A stretch of DNA of 64,000 bases from Bacillota bacterium. GTDB taxonomy: Bacteria; Bacillota; DTU025. This document shows positions 29,890-40,045 of the stretch, piece by piece. The notes under the pieces are model-generated. The model ran no database searches. It saw nothing but the letters and a program-made list of their open reading frames with translations, and was not told the origin of the DNA. The DNA lies in assembly GCA_050951805.1 (NCBI GenBank), contig JBMNJT010000002.1:320001-384000 (forward strand), given 5' to 3'. A program made the translations under genes and the position numbers. How positions within the stretch are numbered: position 1 is the first letter of the stretch; each line of letters begins with the position of its first letter.

Positions 29890-32800
29890 GTGGAATTGAG
29901 GACATGTCCTTGTTCATCGAATTACCTGGGCCAAGCGGTTGATGCCGTCAAGGCGGGCCGATTTGGAAGATTTGCGCTTGTTCTCCGGGGGTCGCAGGAA
30001 GCCGCGGGGGCTCGGCGAGCGATTCTTACGCAGGTAGACGCCGGGGCGGTTTTCGCCGTACCCGTCTACACCTTCGATCAACTGGCAACAGTCCTCATGC
30101 GTCGGCTCGATATTGAACCGAAGGGCAGTGTCAGCGAGATCCAACGTGAACTTTTGGTCTCGGCGGCGCTTGCTCAATGCAAGATCGCAGGCGAGTTGGG
30201 ACCGTTGGCACAGGGGGCGGAGAGGGATGGGGTGGCCCGATCCCTGGCAGAACTTTTCGCTGTGATGGACGGCGCTGGGCTCGATCCTGAAAGACTGGAA
30301 AAAGCTCTCATCACCGGCTCCGGCGGGGGGATGGAGATGGTCTCCAACTTTGGCCATGATGCCGTCGACAATCTCAGTCCGTGCATCGATTCGAACCGGA
30401 TCCCGAGTGCGCATGCTGCCGACGTTCTAAGCGTCTGGAGAAGGTATTGCGAGCTTCTTGATTTCACGGGCCGAGCTGAGCGAGGCCGCCTGTACTCCGC
30501 TATTGCCCAGTCTCTTCGCTCTGCCGAAGGCAGGAGCCGACATGGCCTTGAGTCTGTCCGAGTGGCCGGGTACGCGTGGATCGGGGGGCTGGAGGCGGTT
30601 CTCCTCTCTGCCCTGGCCGAGGCGAGCGTCGACGTCGAGATAGAGCTGCGTTGTCCACCAGGTCATGGCGGGTATGCTCTCGATGCCATGGAGGAGGCGG
30701 TGAGCCCTGCCCGAGTGGTCGGTGTGGAGCTTCCCGCTAGGCAGACGCCGCCGCGTCTCATTGCTGCTGCGGGGCCGAGGCGTGAGGCGTGTGCGGTTGC
30801 GCGGGAGATTAAAAGGCTCATAGTGGACGAAGGAGTCCGCCCTGCACAAGTATGTGTGGCGAGCGCGGATTCCGAGGGCTTTGTGCCCATGTTCCTTGAG
30901 GCCCTCGATGAATTCCAGGTGCCGGCCACTGTCTCGCGCAAACGTTTGATGATCGAGTCCAGCCTGGTACTGGACTGTCTTGAAGTCGCCCGGCTGCTCG
31001 GTGCGATCGGGCGCCCGTTCGATATTATGCCGCTTGTGGCCAGCCCCTACCTAGGGCTCGGTCCGCGCAGGGCCGGGCAGATTGCCCGCGCTATTAACCT
31101 CAAAGGATTGGAACTGCCCCTTGCAGGCTGGGAGGCAAAGCTCGAAAAATGTGATCCTTCGGGAGATTGCGATGGGCAGCGGTACGCGGCGCTTTTGGCG
31201 GAGGCTGCAGAGCAAGCTGAAGATGTGAGAAGGGCGAGCGGAAGCTCGGGACTGGCCGGTTATGTTGATGGCTTTAGGGCTGCCCTTGCGCGTTTGGGCA
31301 TGCCGGACCGGATCTTTGCGTTGCCTGGTGATCCAATGCTTGGGGCTGAAGAATGGATGGCATGGGCTACGTTCCATTCGTTGCTTTTGGAGATATCCAA
31401 TGCCCGGGATGTTTGGGATGCATCACGTGAACCGACTGCGAGTTCTATGGCCGGTTGGACCGATTTCTACTCCCTCCTTTCTTTCGCTGCAGGCAGAAGA
31501 TCGTTCGCCCTCAACAGGCCTTCGCCTAATGGGGTAGAGGTGATGGGCCTGGACCGCGCGGCTTCGTGTGATCGGGAGTTTTTGTTTGTATCAGGTTTGG
31601 GTGAGCAGATGCTGCCTCGGCGCAGGCGCAGGCCGTGGATGCTTCAGGAGAGCGATGTTCAGGCTTTGGTAAGGGCGGGCGTGTCCCTTGAGCCGATGGG
31701 CAACGGAGCAGAGGCCGACAGGCATGTATTCAACACGCTGGTGCACTCGCGAGCGGAGAGGATCTACTTGAGCTATGCTACGGCCAAGGAGGATGGTTCG
31801 CTGGCCCGACGCTCGTTCTTTGTAGACGAGCACCTGAGAAGCCTCGGCGTTTCAGATGCCGATGAGCACGAAATAACCCAGACGGTGCCTGCCAGTTCGG
31901 TTTTTCCCATGCGATGGGACGATGTGGCGAGCAAGCGGGAGGCGAGGATGAGGTCTCTTTGGAGTATGGGGCGGGCGAATGCTGCCGGGATGGGGTCGAT
32001 GCCTGCTGAGCCCAAGCCCGAAGCCGGGGCATGTTTTTGGTTGCGGAAGCGCGACGTGGCCTTTGCCGAGCTTGCTGAAGTGTGGCTCAGGCGGCAGGTT
32101 GCTGAAATAGCGGGGGAGGATGGGTATGGCCATTTCCGTGGATGCATTGGATGTGATGAGCTCCTCGATAAAATGGCCGCCACTGTTTTTGACGTGCGGC
32201 CCTGGTCTGCAAACTCGCTCAACGAATACATAAAGTGCCCGTTCAGTTTCTTCTGCCAAAGCGTGCTAGGAATCGAGCCGCCGGATGAGGTCGGCGACGA
32301 TGTGGACGCAAGGGACAAAGGCACATGTCTGCACGAGATCGTCAAGGAATTTATCAGTCGCCACATAGGCGAGCCGCTGGATCCAAACAAGGCCGATCAG
32401 TACTGTGAAGAGATTACTAGGATAGCCTCTGACGTGGTGGACCGCACTCCTTCCGAACGCTCCGGGGTCCCCGCGTCTGTCTGGGATGCCTACTTTGCTG
32501 GGATCATCGCGGCGTCTCGCGACTTTGTAATCAAGGAGTTGGAGTTTACTGAGGCTACGGGAGGGGTATGGCGCCCAATACATCTTGAATGGCCATTCGG
32601 TTCATCTGTCCGGCAGTTGGCTGTGGGGGAGGGTCGGGTGCCCGTTACAGGCCGGATCGACAGGATAGATGCGGGACCAGGCGGCGCTCTTGCCATATAC
32701 GATTACAAATCAGGGAAGACAGTGCCCAGTGCGAGGAATATCAAGGAGGTTGCCGACATTCAGCTCGGGCTTTATGCATTGGCAGCCGAGAGTCTGCTGA

Positions 32801-33117
32801 AAGCGGAGGTTGCAGGGGTGTGGTACTACCAAGTTCCCTCCTTAGGGAGAACTGAAGGCGTTTGGAGGGCAGGTTACCACCAGCACTTCAATGCTGGACG
32901 GAAGCGCGCCGGTAAGCTCGACGATGACCAGTGGCGCGCCTTCGCGGAACTGGTGGAAGAGACTGTTGAAAGGTGCGACAGGGGTGCGCGGCAGGGCATG
33001 TTTTCCCCCCAGCCTTCTGAAGAAGCATGCAGGTATTGCAGCTTCCCTGATGTTTGCAGGGTTGTGGAGCTCGATGCTGGCGATGCGTTTGGCAAAGGGG
33101 GTGGGCAAGATGTCTGA
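29890..33117 (+). CDS. addB: AddB-like subunit: inactive helicase scaffold plus PD-(D/E)xK nuclease with 4-Cys motif
   Basis: S.NSLNEY.KCPF, GRIDRID, DYKS, QLGLY, CRYCSFPDVC; overlaps the addA start. Confidence 0.8.
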   Translation: MELRTCPCSSNYLGQAVDAVKAGRFGRFALVLRGSQEAAGARRAILTQVDAGAVFAVPVYTFDQLATVLMRRLDIEPKGSVSEIQRELLVSAALAQCKIAGELGPLAQGAERDGVARSLAELFAVMDGAGLDPERLEKALITGSGGGMEMVSNFGHDAVDNLSPCIDSNRIPSAHAADVLSVWRRYCELLDFTGRAERGRLYSAIAQSLRSAEGRSRHGLESVRVAGYAWIGGLEAVLLSALAEASVDVEIELRCPPGHGGYALDAMEEAVSPARVVGVELPARQTPPRLIAAAGPRREACAVAREIKRLIVDEGVRPAQVCVASADSEGFVPMFLEALDEFQVPATVSRKRLMIESSLVLDCLEVARLLGAIGRPFDIMPLVASPYLGLGPRRAGQIARAINLKGLELPLAGWEAKLEKCDPSGDCDGQRYAALLAEAAEQAEDVRRASGSSGLAGYVDGFRAALARLGMPDRIFALPGDPMLGAEEWMAWATFHSLLLEISNARDVWDASREPTASSMAGWTDFYSLLSFAAGRRSFALNRPSPNGVEVMGLDRAASCDREFLFVSGLGEQMLPRRRRRPWMLQESDVQALVRAGVSLEPMGNGAEADRHVFNTLVHSRAERIYLSYATAKEDGSLARRSFFVDEHLRSLGVSDADEHEITQTVPASSVFPMRWDDVASKREARMRSLWSMGRANAAGMGSMPAEPKPEAGACFWLRKRDVAFAELAEVWLRRQVAEIAGEDGYGHFRGCIGCDELLDKMAATVFDVRPWSANSLNEYIKCPFSFFCQSVLGIEPPDEVGDDVDARDKGTCLHEIVKEFISRHIGEPLDPNKADQYCEEITRIASDVVDRTPSERSGVPASVWDAYFAGIIAASRDFVIKELEFTEATGGVWRPIHLEWPFGSSVRQLAVGEGRVPVTGRIDRIDAGPGGALAIYDYKSGKTVPSARNIKEVADIQLGLYALAAESLLKAEVAGVWYYQVPSLGRTEGVWRAGYHQHFNAGRKRAGKLDDDQWRAFAELVEETVERCDRGARQGMFSPQPSEEACRYCSFPDVCRVVELDAGDAFGKGGGQDV

Positions 33118-36100
33118 GTGGACTCCATCTCAGCGTAGAGCCGTTTTTGATACTGACAGATCAATGGTTGTGGCCGCGGGGGCAGGCTCCGGCAAGACAA
33201 GGGTATTAGTGGGCAGATACCTCTATCTCCTCGAATCTGGCTTGGCTGACTTGGATGAGATCGTGGCGATTACGTTTACGGAAAAAGCGGCCACCGAGAT
33301 GAAGGGGCGGGTCTGGTCAACCATTGTCCAACGCCAGGCTGAGGCAGAGGCCTGTGGTGAGGACGCTGGGCGTTGGCGCGACCTTTCCCGCAGGCTTGCA
33401 AGTCAGGCCAGGATAAGCACGATAGATGCTTTTTGCTCCCGGCTTGTGCGGGACTATCCGCTGGAAGCCGGGGTTGACCCTCACTTCACGGTTTTAGATC
33501 CGCTCGATGCCTCGCGCCTCATAGACCAGGCGGCTATGGAGGCTATCGATGCGCTGATCCGCGAGGGCGATGAAAACATGGCCAGGCTCATCGCGGATTT
33601 CGGGGTGTCGAGGGTGGCGAAGGGAATTGCGTATGTCTATGGGAAAATGCGCACAACGGGCAGGCCTATGCAGGAGTTTGCCCGGATCAGCTCGGAGAAG
33701 ATTAGACGGTGTGCAGAGGAATCCAAGGATGGCCTGGCTGAAGAGTGGGACGACATAGTGGACACGCTTGCCGCGGGCGGTGCCGATGTGGGCCTGCTTT
33801 GCGCACTGGATTGGGATTCGCCCGAATTCATCGAGGAGTTCCTGAAGATCCATTCCACAGCGCAGCCGGTGCGGAGCGTAGTGACCGCGAAGGAGCTCGA
33901 TAAAATCGCCAAGCAGGTGCGGGAGAAGGCTGCGAATTTCGTTTACGCCGATATGATGGTGTCGACTGTGGAGACTGTTGTTAGGGCGTGCGAGGTGTTG
34001 GATGAGACGTACTTGTGGTTGCGGGGCAACGGAGCGTCCATGGATTTTGCCGGACTGGAGCTGGCTGCGCGGGATCTGCTGCGTGATACCGATGCCGGCG
34101 AACGGGTGAGGAAGCAGATCAAGTTCGTGATGGTAGATGAGTACCAAGACACGAATAGTCTGCAGCACGAGATAGTGATGGAGCTTGCGGGGGATCCGCC
34201 TGGAAACCGGCTGTTCATAGTGGGAGATGTTAAGCAGTCGATATATGGTTTCCGCGGGGCGGAAGTGGAGGTTTTCAAGGGCGCGATGGACGATGCGCAG
34301 ATGGATGGCGGGTATGCGGGAATGGAGGATCTGGGACAGAACTTCCGCTCAATCGATCCTTTGGTGCAGCTCACTAATTACGTTTTTAGCCCAGCCTTGT
34401 GCGATATCTGGACTAGTGACGCCACGGCGTTTCGAAGTATGCCCGCCTCGGCTCATCCCCGGACGGAGCTTCACGTTATTACCTACGGCAAATCCGAGCT
34501 CGGACGCGCATCACTGGCAGAGGCTGATCTTGTGGCATCGCGAATCGCGCAGATGGTGGCCGATGGGGAGCAGCTCGTATGCGAGCACGACAGGGAAACC
34601 GGAGAGCTTGTGGGAACGCGGCCGGTGAGATACAAGGATATTGCCGTACTGCTCAAAACCACTAGCAGGCTGGAGAATTTCGAGGCCGCTTTGGAGCGGT
34701 ATGAGGTGCCGTATTACGTCGTCTCCGGTAGGGGGTTCTATGGCCGTCCGGAGGTAGTCTGGGTAGTAAACATGCTCAAGGCTATCGACGACCCATGTGA
34801 TGACCTGTCCCTTGCGGCGGTGCTCAGACATCCGGTCTTCGGGCTTTCCGACGAGTCTCTCTTGCGTCTAGCTCTTGCAGGCGGCCTTGCTCACGCGTTT
34901 TGCGATATGGATGTGGCGGTTGACGGGTGGGAGGCAAACGAAAGGAAGAAGCTCGGGCGGGCGAGAGAGTGCATGGAAAGCTTGAGGCGGCTTGCCGGCA
35001 GGTTGAGCCCTGGCGGGATGATTCAAGCAGTGCTCGATGCCACCCAATTCGAGCCATATCTTGCCATGACGGCTGACGGACTCAAGGCCATAGGCAATGT
35101 CCATAAATTGGCTGAAATGGCCAGGGAAGCTTCCCGGTCGGCTACGTCGATCAGGGATTTCATAGACATGATCGAGCGTGCAGCCATAGATGACGCCAAG
35201 GAGGCTGAGGCGTCGCTCGTGGAAGAAGAAGCAGATGTTGTGACGGTGATGACGGTCCACAAATCCAAGGGTTTGGAGTTCCCGGTCGTAATCGTTCCCG
35301 AGCTTAACCGAGGAACTGGGAGTTGGAACACGCCCATCTTCGAGTTTGCTGCAGACATGGGTATTGCCGTGCCGATCTCGCCTGAGATCCGATACCGTGA
35401 CACGTCATTTGGAAGTCTGGTCGCGGACGAACTGGCCTGCGCTGAGAATGAAGAGAGCATGAGATGCCTCTATGTGGCCTCCACCCGTGCCTCCGACTAT
35501 CTGGTGCTAACATCTACCCTTGAGGCGTCTGCCAATCTTATGTCGCTGGATGGAGCTCCTGAATGGTTGATGCCATATGGCCAGGCTGTTGTGGAGTCCT
35601 TCTTCGCGGCTGCGGGAGGAGATGTGGCCTCAGGATGTGGAGATGCTGAGGAGGTATTCGAGGCTGTTGTGGCGCTTGGGCCTGGCAGCGAAGCGTTGGT
35701 GCATGTGAGGATGCTTCCTCTTGCAGGCTACATGTGGGACAAGGGGGCAGAAGAGGCCGGAAAGGGGCCTGCGGCGGGATATGTTTCGGGGCTGGCGTTA
35801 GAGCCCGCCCAGGAGGCGGCAACAGTGCCAACAGGCTCAGCAGTGCTGCGAGCAGAGTCGGTGGCAGATCAGTTCAGGCTGGTTGGCCCTGTAAAGGTTG
35901 CTCCCGATCAGGATGATCCCGTTCAGGTGTCGGTCTCGGCTTTGATGTGCCTTGACAGGTGTCCCCGTTGGTACGTCTACGAGTACGTGCTCGGCCTTTC
36001 AAGGGTTCAGGGGAGCCTCGTCGCGCCATCGGTCGGGATGGAGATGGAGATGAGGCTCAATGCGGCTCAGCGCGGGTCGGTGGTCCACTCTGTATGTCAG

Positions 36101-36769
36101 TGGGCACGGAATGAAAATGAGGCTATGACTCTCCTCAAGAAGCAGCTAGGGGCGTACGGGCTTAGGGGTCGGGCGTTTGTGGAATCCGAAGAAGAGCTCT
36201 GGCCCTTGATACGCAATTACCTTGATAGCCCTGAAGCGTCGGCAGAAGGCAGGAGGGAGCAGGCGTTCCTGCTCGACCTGGGCGCCGCGGTTGTGTCGGG
36301 GATTGCAGACTACATAGCTGTTGATGAGTTCATGGTGGGCACCGTTGTTGACCTCAAGACGAACAGGCTCGATGACGAGGGCATCGATCTGGCCGCCCGT
36401 GACTACCGCACCCAGATGGATGCGTATGCCCTCGCAGTTCACAGGGGGTTGGGGGCGAAACGGGTCACTGCGGTTCTGAATTTTCTCCATCCCAACGTGC
36501 GTGTGGCACTTGAATACGGCCAGGAGGAATTTGCTGAGGCAGAGGAGAGACTGATTCGCCTTGCCGCGAGAACGGCGGATTGCAGATTGGAGTCGACGAA
36601 GCCTGAGTGGAGCCGCCACTGTAGGGTCTGTTACTACTCTAGGATGTGCTGGCCTGAAAGGGACGACGTAGACGCGGTGCAGCCTTTAGATGCGTGGCAT
36701 GAGGTGGAGCCTGAGGTTGGGGATGATGACGGCTTCCTCGAGGCTGAATTGGGCGGAGAGGCAGAGTAA
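33110..36769 (+). CDS. addA: AddA-like UvrD/SF1 helicase-nuclease
   Basis: AGAGSGKT, ITFTEKAA, DEYQDT, VGDVKQSIYGFR, NFRS, TVHKSKGLEF, YVASTRA; C-terminal nuclease GIAD...DLKT...Q..AY. ATG 33110. Confidence 0.85.
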   Translation: MSEWTPSQRRAVFDTDRSMVVAAGAGSGKTRVLVGRYLYLLESGLADLDEIVAITFTEKAATEMKGRVWSTIVQRQAEAEACGEDAGRWRDLSRRLASQARISTIDAFCSRLVRDYPLEAGVDPHFTVLDPLDASRLIDQAAMEAIDALIREGDENMARLIADFGVSRVAKGIAYVYGKMRTTGRPMQEFARISSEKIRRCAEESKDGLAEEWDDIVDTLAAGGADVGLLCALDWDSPEFIEEFLKIHSTAQPVRSVVTAKELDKIAKQVREKAANFVYADMMVSTVETVVRACEVLDETYLWLRGNGASMDFAGLELAARDLLRDTDAGERVRKQIKFVMVDEYQDTNSLQHEIVMELAGDPPGNRLFIVGDVKQSIYGFRGAEVEVFKGAMDDAQMDGGYAGMEDLGQNFRSIDPLVQLTNYVFSPALCDIWTSDATAFRSMPASAHPRTELHVITYGKSELGRASLAEADLVASRIAQMVADGEQLVCEHDRETGELVGTRPVRYKDIAVLLKTTSRLENFEAALERYEVPYYVVSGRGFYGRPEVVWVVNMLKAIDDPCDDLSLAAVLRHPVFGLSDESLLRLALAGGLAHAFCDMDVAVDGWEANERKKLGRARECMESLRRLAGRLSPGGMIQAVLDATQFEPYLAMTADGLKAIGNVHKLAEMAREASRSATSIRDFIDMIERAAIDDAKEAEASLVEEEADVVTVMTVHKSKGLEFPVVIVPELNRGTGSWNTPIFEFAADMGIAVPISPEIRYRDTSFGSLVADELACAENEESMRCLYVASTRASDYLVLTSTLEASANLMSLDGAPEWLMPYGQAVVESFFAAAGGDVASGCGDAEEVFEAVVALGPGSEALVHVRMLPLAGYMWDKGAEEAGKGPAAGYVSGLALEPAQEAATVPTGSAVLRAESVADQFRLVGPVKVAPDQDDPVQVSVSALMCLDRCPRWYVYEYVLGLSRVQGSLVAPSVGMEMEMRLNAAQRGSVVHSVCQWARNENEAMTLLKKQLGAYGLRGRAFVESEEELWPLIRNYLDSPEASAEGRREQAFLLDLGAAVVSGIADYIAVDEFMVGTVVDLKTNRLDDEGIDLAARDYRTQMDAYALAVHRGLGAKRVTAVLNFLHPNVRVALEYGQEEFAEAEERLIRLAARTADCRLESTKPEWSRHCRVCYYSRMCWPERDDVDAVQPLDAWHEVEPEVGDDDGFLEAELGGEAE

Positions 36770-37467
36770 GGTTGCGGGGTTAGACGAGTCCGTCAACATG
36801 GGCAGGGCATACGAAATCGGCTTTGAAGTCTTTGGCAAGTTCTGCTATGGCGTTTATGGGGTACATTGTTGGGCTTCTGGCGTGGCAGACGACAGGCTCC
36901 ACCTGGATGTGCCCGATGCGCTGATCGATCTGCGTGGGGTACCATTGACCATCACATTACAAAACTGCATATTGCGGCCTTTGTCCCCGGGTTCTGTCGA
37001 CAGCGGAACCCAGGTTTTGCTTTGGAGAGATTCGATTGCGCGCTCGCACCTAGACATGTCGCCTGAGAAGACGGAGTAGGCAATGTCGTTGCACGGTAAC
37101 CGGTGAATAACAACACCGTTGTGTCTGCCTGTTCGACCAGTGAAACCAGGGCCTCTGGAACTGGCGGACATCACCTTGTTGGCCAGGTCATCGAGGCGTT
37201 TCATTCTGTCTGCGGGTCCGAGCGGGTCTGGCGAGGAGACTAGGTTTTAGACATATCCTGCGAAAGGTGGCTGAGGGTGCCTTTTTGTGGACCTACTGAT
37301 CGCATAATCCGCCCATTTGGTGCCAAGCGGAGCTCAATAGGAATACAATGAGTGGAGGCGAGCACGAAGCAGCGGATCTCGGAGCGGAAACATGGCCTTA
37401 TTCTGTCTGGAACACGGCCAGAGCCAGACGGAATTGGGTAGATTCCCCTACTCGATCCGGACCTCGC

Positions 37468-38184
37468 CTACGCCGTTACATCCTGCCCTAAGTATGCACG
37501 CCGAACCGCTTCGTCGTTGAGTAGGTCGGCCCCGTTTCCCTGAAGCACGATGGTTCCTGATTCCATCACATAGCCGTAGTCGGCGATGGCCAGGGCGGCC
37601 TGGGCGTTCTGCTCTATAAGGAGCACGGTGACGCCCTCGGAGTGTATCTCCGAAATCACGCGGAAGACTTCTTCCACGAGGATGGGGGCGAGGCCGAGTG
37701 ATGGTTCATCCATGAGCAGGAGCGATGGTTTTGCCATGAGGCCCCGGGCTATTGCAAGCATCTGCTGTTCGCCGCCTGACAGAGTCCCGCCCTTCTGGGC
37801 AGCGCGCTCTTTCAGCCGCGGGAAAAGGTTGAAAACGCGCTCGCGATCGCGGGCGATCTCATCTTGGTCAGTTCGGGAATAGGCACCAAGGTGGAGGTTT
37901 TCAATGACTGTGAGGTCGGGAAAGATCTGTCTTCCTTCAGGGACCATGGTTATGCCTGCTTTGACTATCTGGGTCACGCCCATGTCGAGCAGGTTATGCC
38001 CCTCGTAGAGGAGTCGGCCGGATGAGGGCTTTTTTAATCCGCAGATCGTTCTGAGCAGGGTGCTTTTGCCTGCGCCGTTGGCGCCTACCAAGGTGACGAG
38101 AGTCCCTTGGGGCACGGTCAGAGAGACGCCCTTGATGGCATGGATTCCGTCGTAGTAGACCTCAAGATCCTTTATTTCCAACAA
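37468..38184 (-). CDS. livF: Branched-chain amino acid ABC transporter ATP-binding protein
   Basis: GANGAGKST, VPEGRQIF, LSGGEQQMLA, DEPSLGLAP, EQNA. Confidence 0.95.
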   Translation of the reverse strand: MLEIKDLEVYYDGIHAIKGVSLTVPQGTLVTLVGANGAGKSTLLRTICGLKKPSSGRLLYEGHNLLDMGVTQIVKAGITMVPEGRQIFPDLTVIENLHLGAYSRTDQDEIARDRERVFNLFPRLKERAAQKGGTLSGGEQQMLAIARGLMAKPSLLLMDEPSLGLAPILVEEVFRVISEIHSEGVTVLLIEQNAQAALAIADYGYVMESGTIVLQGNGADLLNDEAVRRAYLGQDVTA

Positions 38185-38962
38185 CTGCTCCGCCCCCCAG
38201 ATAAGCTTTGATTACCCTCTCGTTTCGCTGGATCTCCGCCGGGGTGCCTTCGGCGATGATCTCGCCGTGATCGAGGACTGTCATGCGCTCGCAGATTCCC
38301 ATAACCACTTTCATCTCGTGTTCTATCAAGAGTATTGTCACGCCAAACTCTTCCCGGATATCGGTGATGAGGCGCATAAGGTTTTCTGTTTCCGCGGGGT
38401 TCATTCCGGCTGCAGGTTCATCCAAGAGAAGGACTTTGGGTTTTGTGGCCAGGGCCCGGGCGATTTCCAGTCGGCGCTGCTGGCCATATGGAAGCGCGTT
38501 GGCGCGGTAGTCGGAGAAGTCGTCCAGGCCGACTTCCTCGAGCAGTTGGGTTGCGGTCTGGGCCATTCGGGCTTCCTCAGCCCTGTGCTGGGGCAGGGCA
38601 AGTAGGGCCTGTGCGAGATTGACCTCGCGCCTGAGATGGAGGCCGACAAGTACGTTGTCGAGGACTGTGAGGTTCTGGAAGAGCCTGATGTTCTGGAAAG
38701 TCCGGGCTATGCCGCGATAGGCGATCCGATCCGGGCTGAGCCCTGTGATGTCGTCGCCGAAGAGCTTGATTGCCCCGGCAGATGGGCGGAGAACGCCTGA
38801 CACGATATTGAAGACGGTTGTCTTGCCGGCGCCGTTGGGGCCGATCAATCCGTAGAGGGCTCCTTCCGGCACGCGCAGATTGAAGTCGCTCACCGCTGTG
38901 AGCCCGCCGAACTTCATTGTTACGTTTTCGCAGACTAGTGCGGGAACCGTGTTCTTGGACAT
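38162..38962 (-). CDS. livG: Branched-chain amino acid ABC transporter ATP-binding protein
   Basis: FGGLTAV, GPNGAGKTT, RTFQNIRLF, LPYGQQRRLEIARA, DEPAAGMN. Confidence 0.95.
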   Translation of the reverse strand: MSKNTVPALVCENVTMKFGGLTAVSDFNLRVPEGALYGLIGPNGAGKTTVFNIVSGVLRPSAGAIKLFGDDITGLSPDRIAYRGIARTFQNIRLFQNLTVLDNVLVGLHLRREVNLAQALLALPQHRAEEARMAQTATQLLEEVGLDDFSDYRANALPYGQQRRLEIARALATKPKVLLLDEPAAGMNPAETENLMRLITDIREEFGVTILLIEHEMKVVMGICERMTVLDHGEIIAEGTPAEIQRNERVIKAYLGGGAVVGNKGS

Positions 38963-38968
38963 TTCGCA

Positions 38969-40045
38969 TTACCCCTGTCTGCTCGTATTTGTACGGCACA
39001 ACCGCGTTGCAAATCTCTTTGCCCGATCGAGAGAGATCTCTCTGTCGCCCATGAATCCCTTGGGAAAGAAGAGGATGACTATCATCAGGGCGATTGAGAA
39101 GACCACCATTCGCATCCCCGGAATTCCCGGGAGCGCGAGGCCGAAGATTACCCGGGGTTCTTCGAGCGCCCGCAATGCCTCCATAGCCACTGTGACGAGG
39201 ACGGCGGAGATTACTGTGCCGGTGATGCTCCCCAACCCCCCGAGGACTGCCATCATGAGGACTGTGAAGGTGAGCGGAAACCTGAACATGTTCGGGTCGA
39301 TGGTGGTTATGAGGTTTCCGAGTAGTCCTCCGCCTACGCCTGCCATCATGGCCGACAATACGAATGCGAGGCATTTGTGGGAGAAGAGGTTGACCCCCAT
39401 GGCTTCAGCGGCGATCTCATCATCCCGGATGGCTTTGAGCGCCCGCCCGAAGCTCGATTTCATGAGTCTTGCCATGATTGCGATACAGATCAGAGCGAAA
39501 CCCCAGCTCCAGACGAGGTCTGTGTGTGGGGGAATCCCTTTAAGCCCCAGGGCGCCGTTGGTAATTGGTACGATGTTCGTAAAAACGACGCGGATGATCT
39601 CGGCAAAGCCCAAGGTGGTGATGGCCAGGTAGTCCCCGCGGAAGCGTATGGCCGGGGCGCCCACGAGAAAGCCCACGATTCCTGAGACGACGGCTGCCAT
39701 GAGAAGGGCGGGGAAAAAGCCCCACTGAATCGAGTTGAGCGGGTATATTAGTGGCTCGATGAAGTAGACTGCCTGCTTTATCTCTGGCGCCATTGTAAGG
39801 AGCGCTGTGGTGTACGCGCCGACTGCCATGAAACCAGCGATCCCCAAGGAAAACTGGCCTGTAAACCCGTTGCAGAGGTTGAGGCCTAAGGTTATGGCGA
39901 TGTAGATCCCGCAAAGATTGAGTATCCGAACGGCGTAGGCGTCCCAATGCTCTTGCCCCCACCAGAGAAGTAGGAAGAAGAGGACGAGGGCTGCGCAGAC
40001 CGCCGCTATCTTCAGTATTGGCTTCAAAATGCTCTTTCCTGCCAT
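38969..40045 (-). CDS. livM: Branched-chain amino acid ABC transporter permease
   Basis: GFTGQFSLG, RGDYLAITTLGFAEI, GRALKAIRDDEIAA, LGGLGS. ATG 40045 overlaps the livH stop (TAATG). Confidence 0.93.
   Translation of the reverse strand: MAGKSILKPILKIAAVCAALVLFFLLLWWGQEHWDAYAVRILNLCGIYIAITLGLNLCNGFTGQFSLGIAGFMAVGAYTTALLTMAPEIKQAVYFIEPLIYPLNSIQWGFFPALLMAAVVSGIVGFLVGAPAIRFRGDYLAITTLGFAEIIRVVFTNIVPITNGALGLKGIPPHTDLVWSWGFALICIAIMARLMKSSFGRALKAIRDDEIAAEAMGVNLFSHKCLAFVLSAMMAGVGGGLLGNLITTIDPNMFRFPLTFTVLMMAVLGGLGSITGTVISAVLVTVAMEALRALEEPRVIFGLALPGIPGMRMVVFSIALMIVILFFPKGFMGDREISLDRAKRFATRLCRTNTSRQG

Noticed and set aside
32891-33109. N-terminal extension of the addA ORF
   Set aside because: Overlaps the addB 3' end; the better-supported start is ATG 33110 with an RBS.
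36780-37260. Short ORFs between addA and livF
   Set aside because: Possibly a decayed minus-strand gene, but no family could be recognised.
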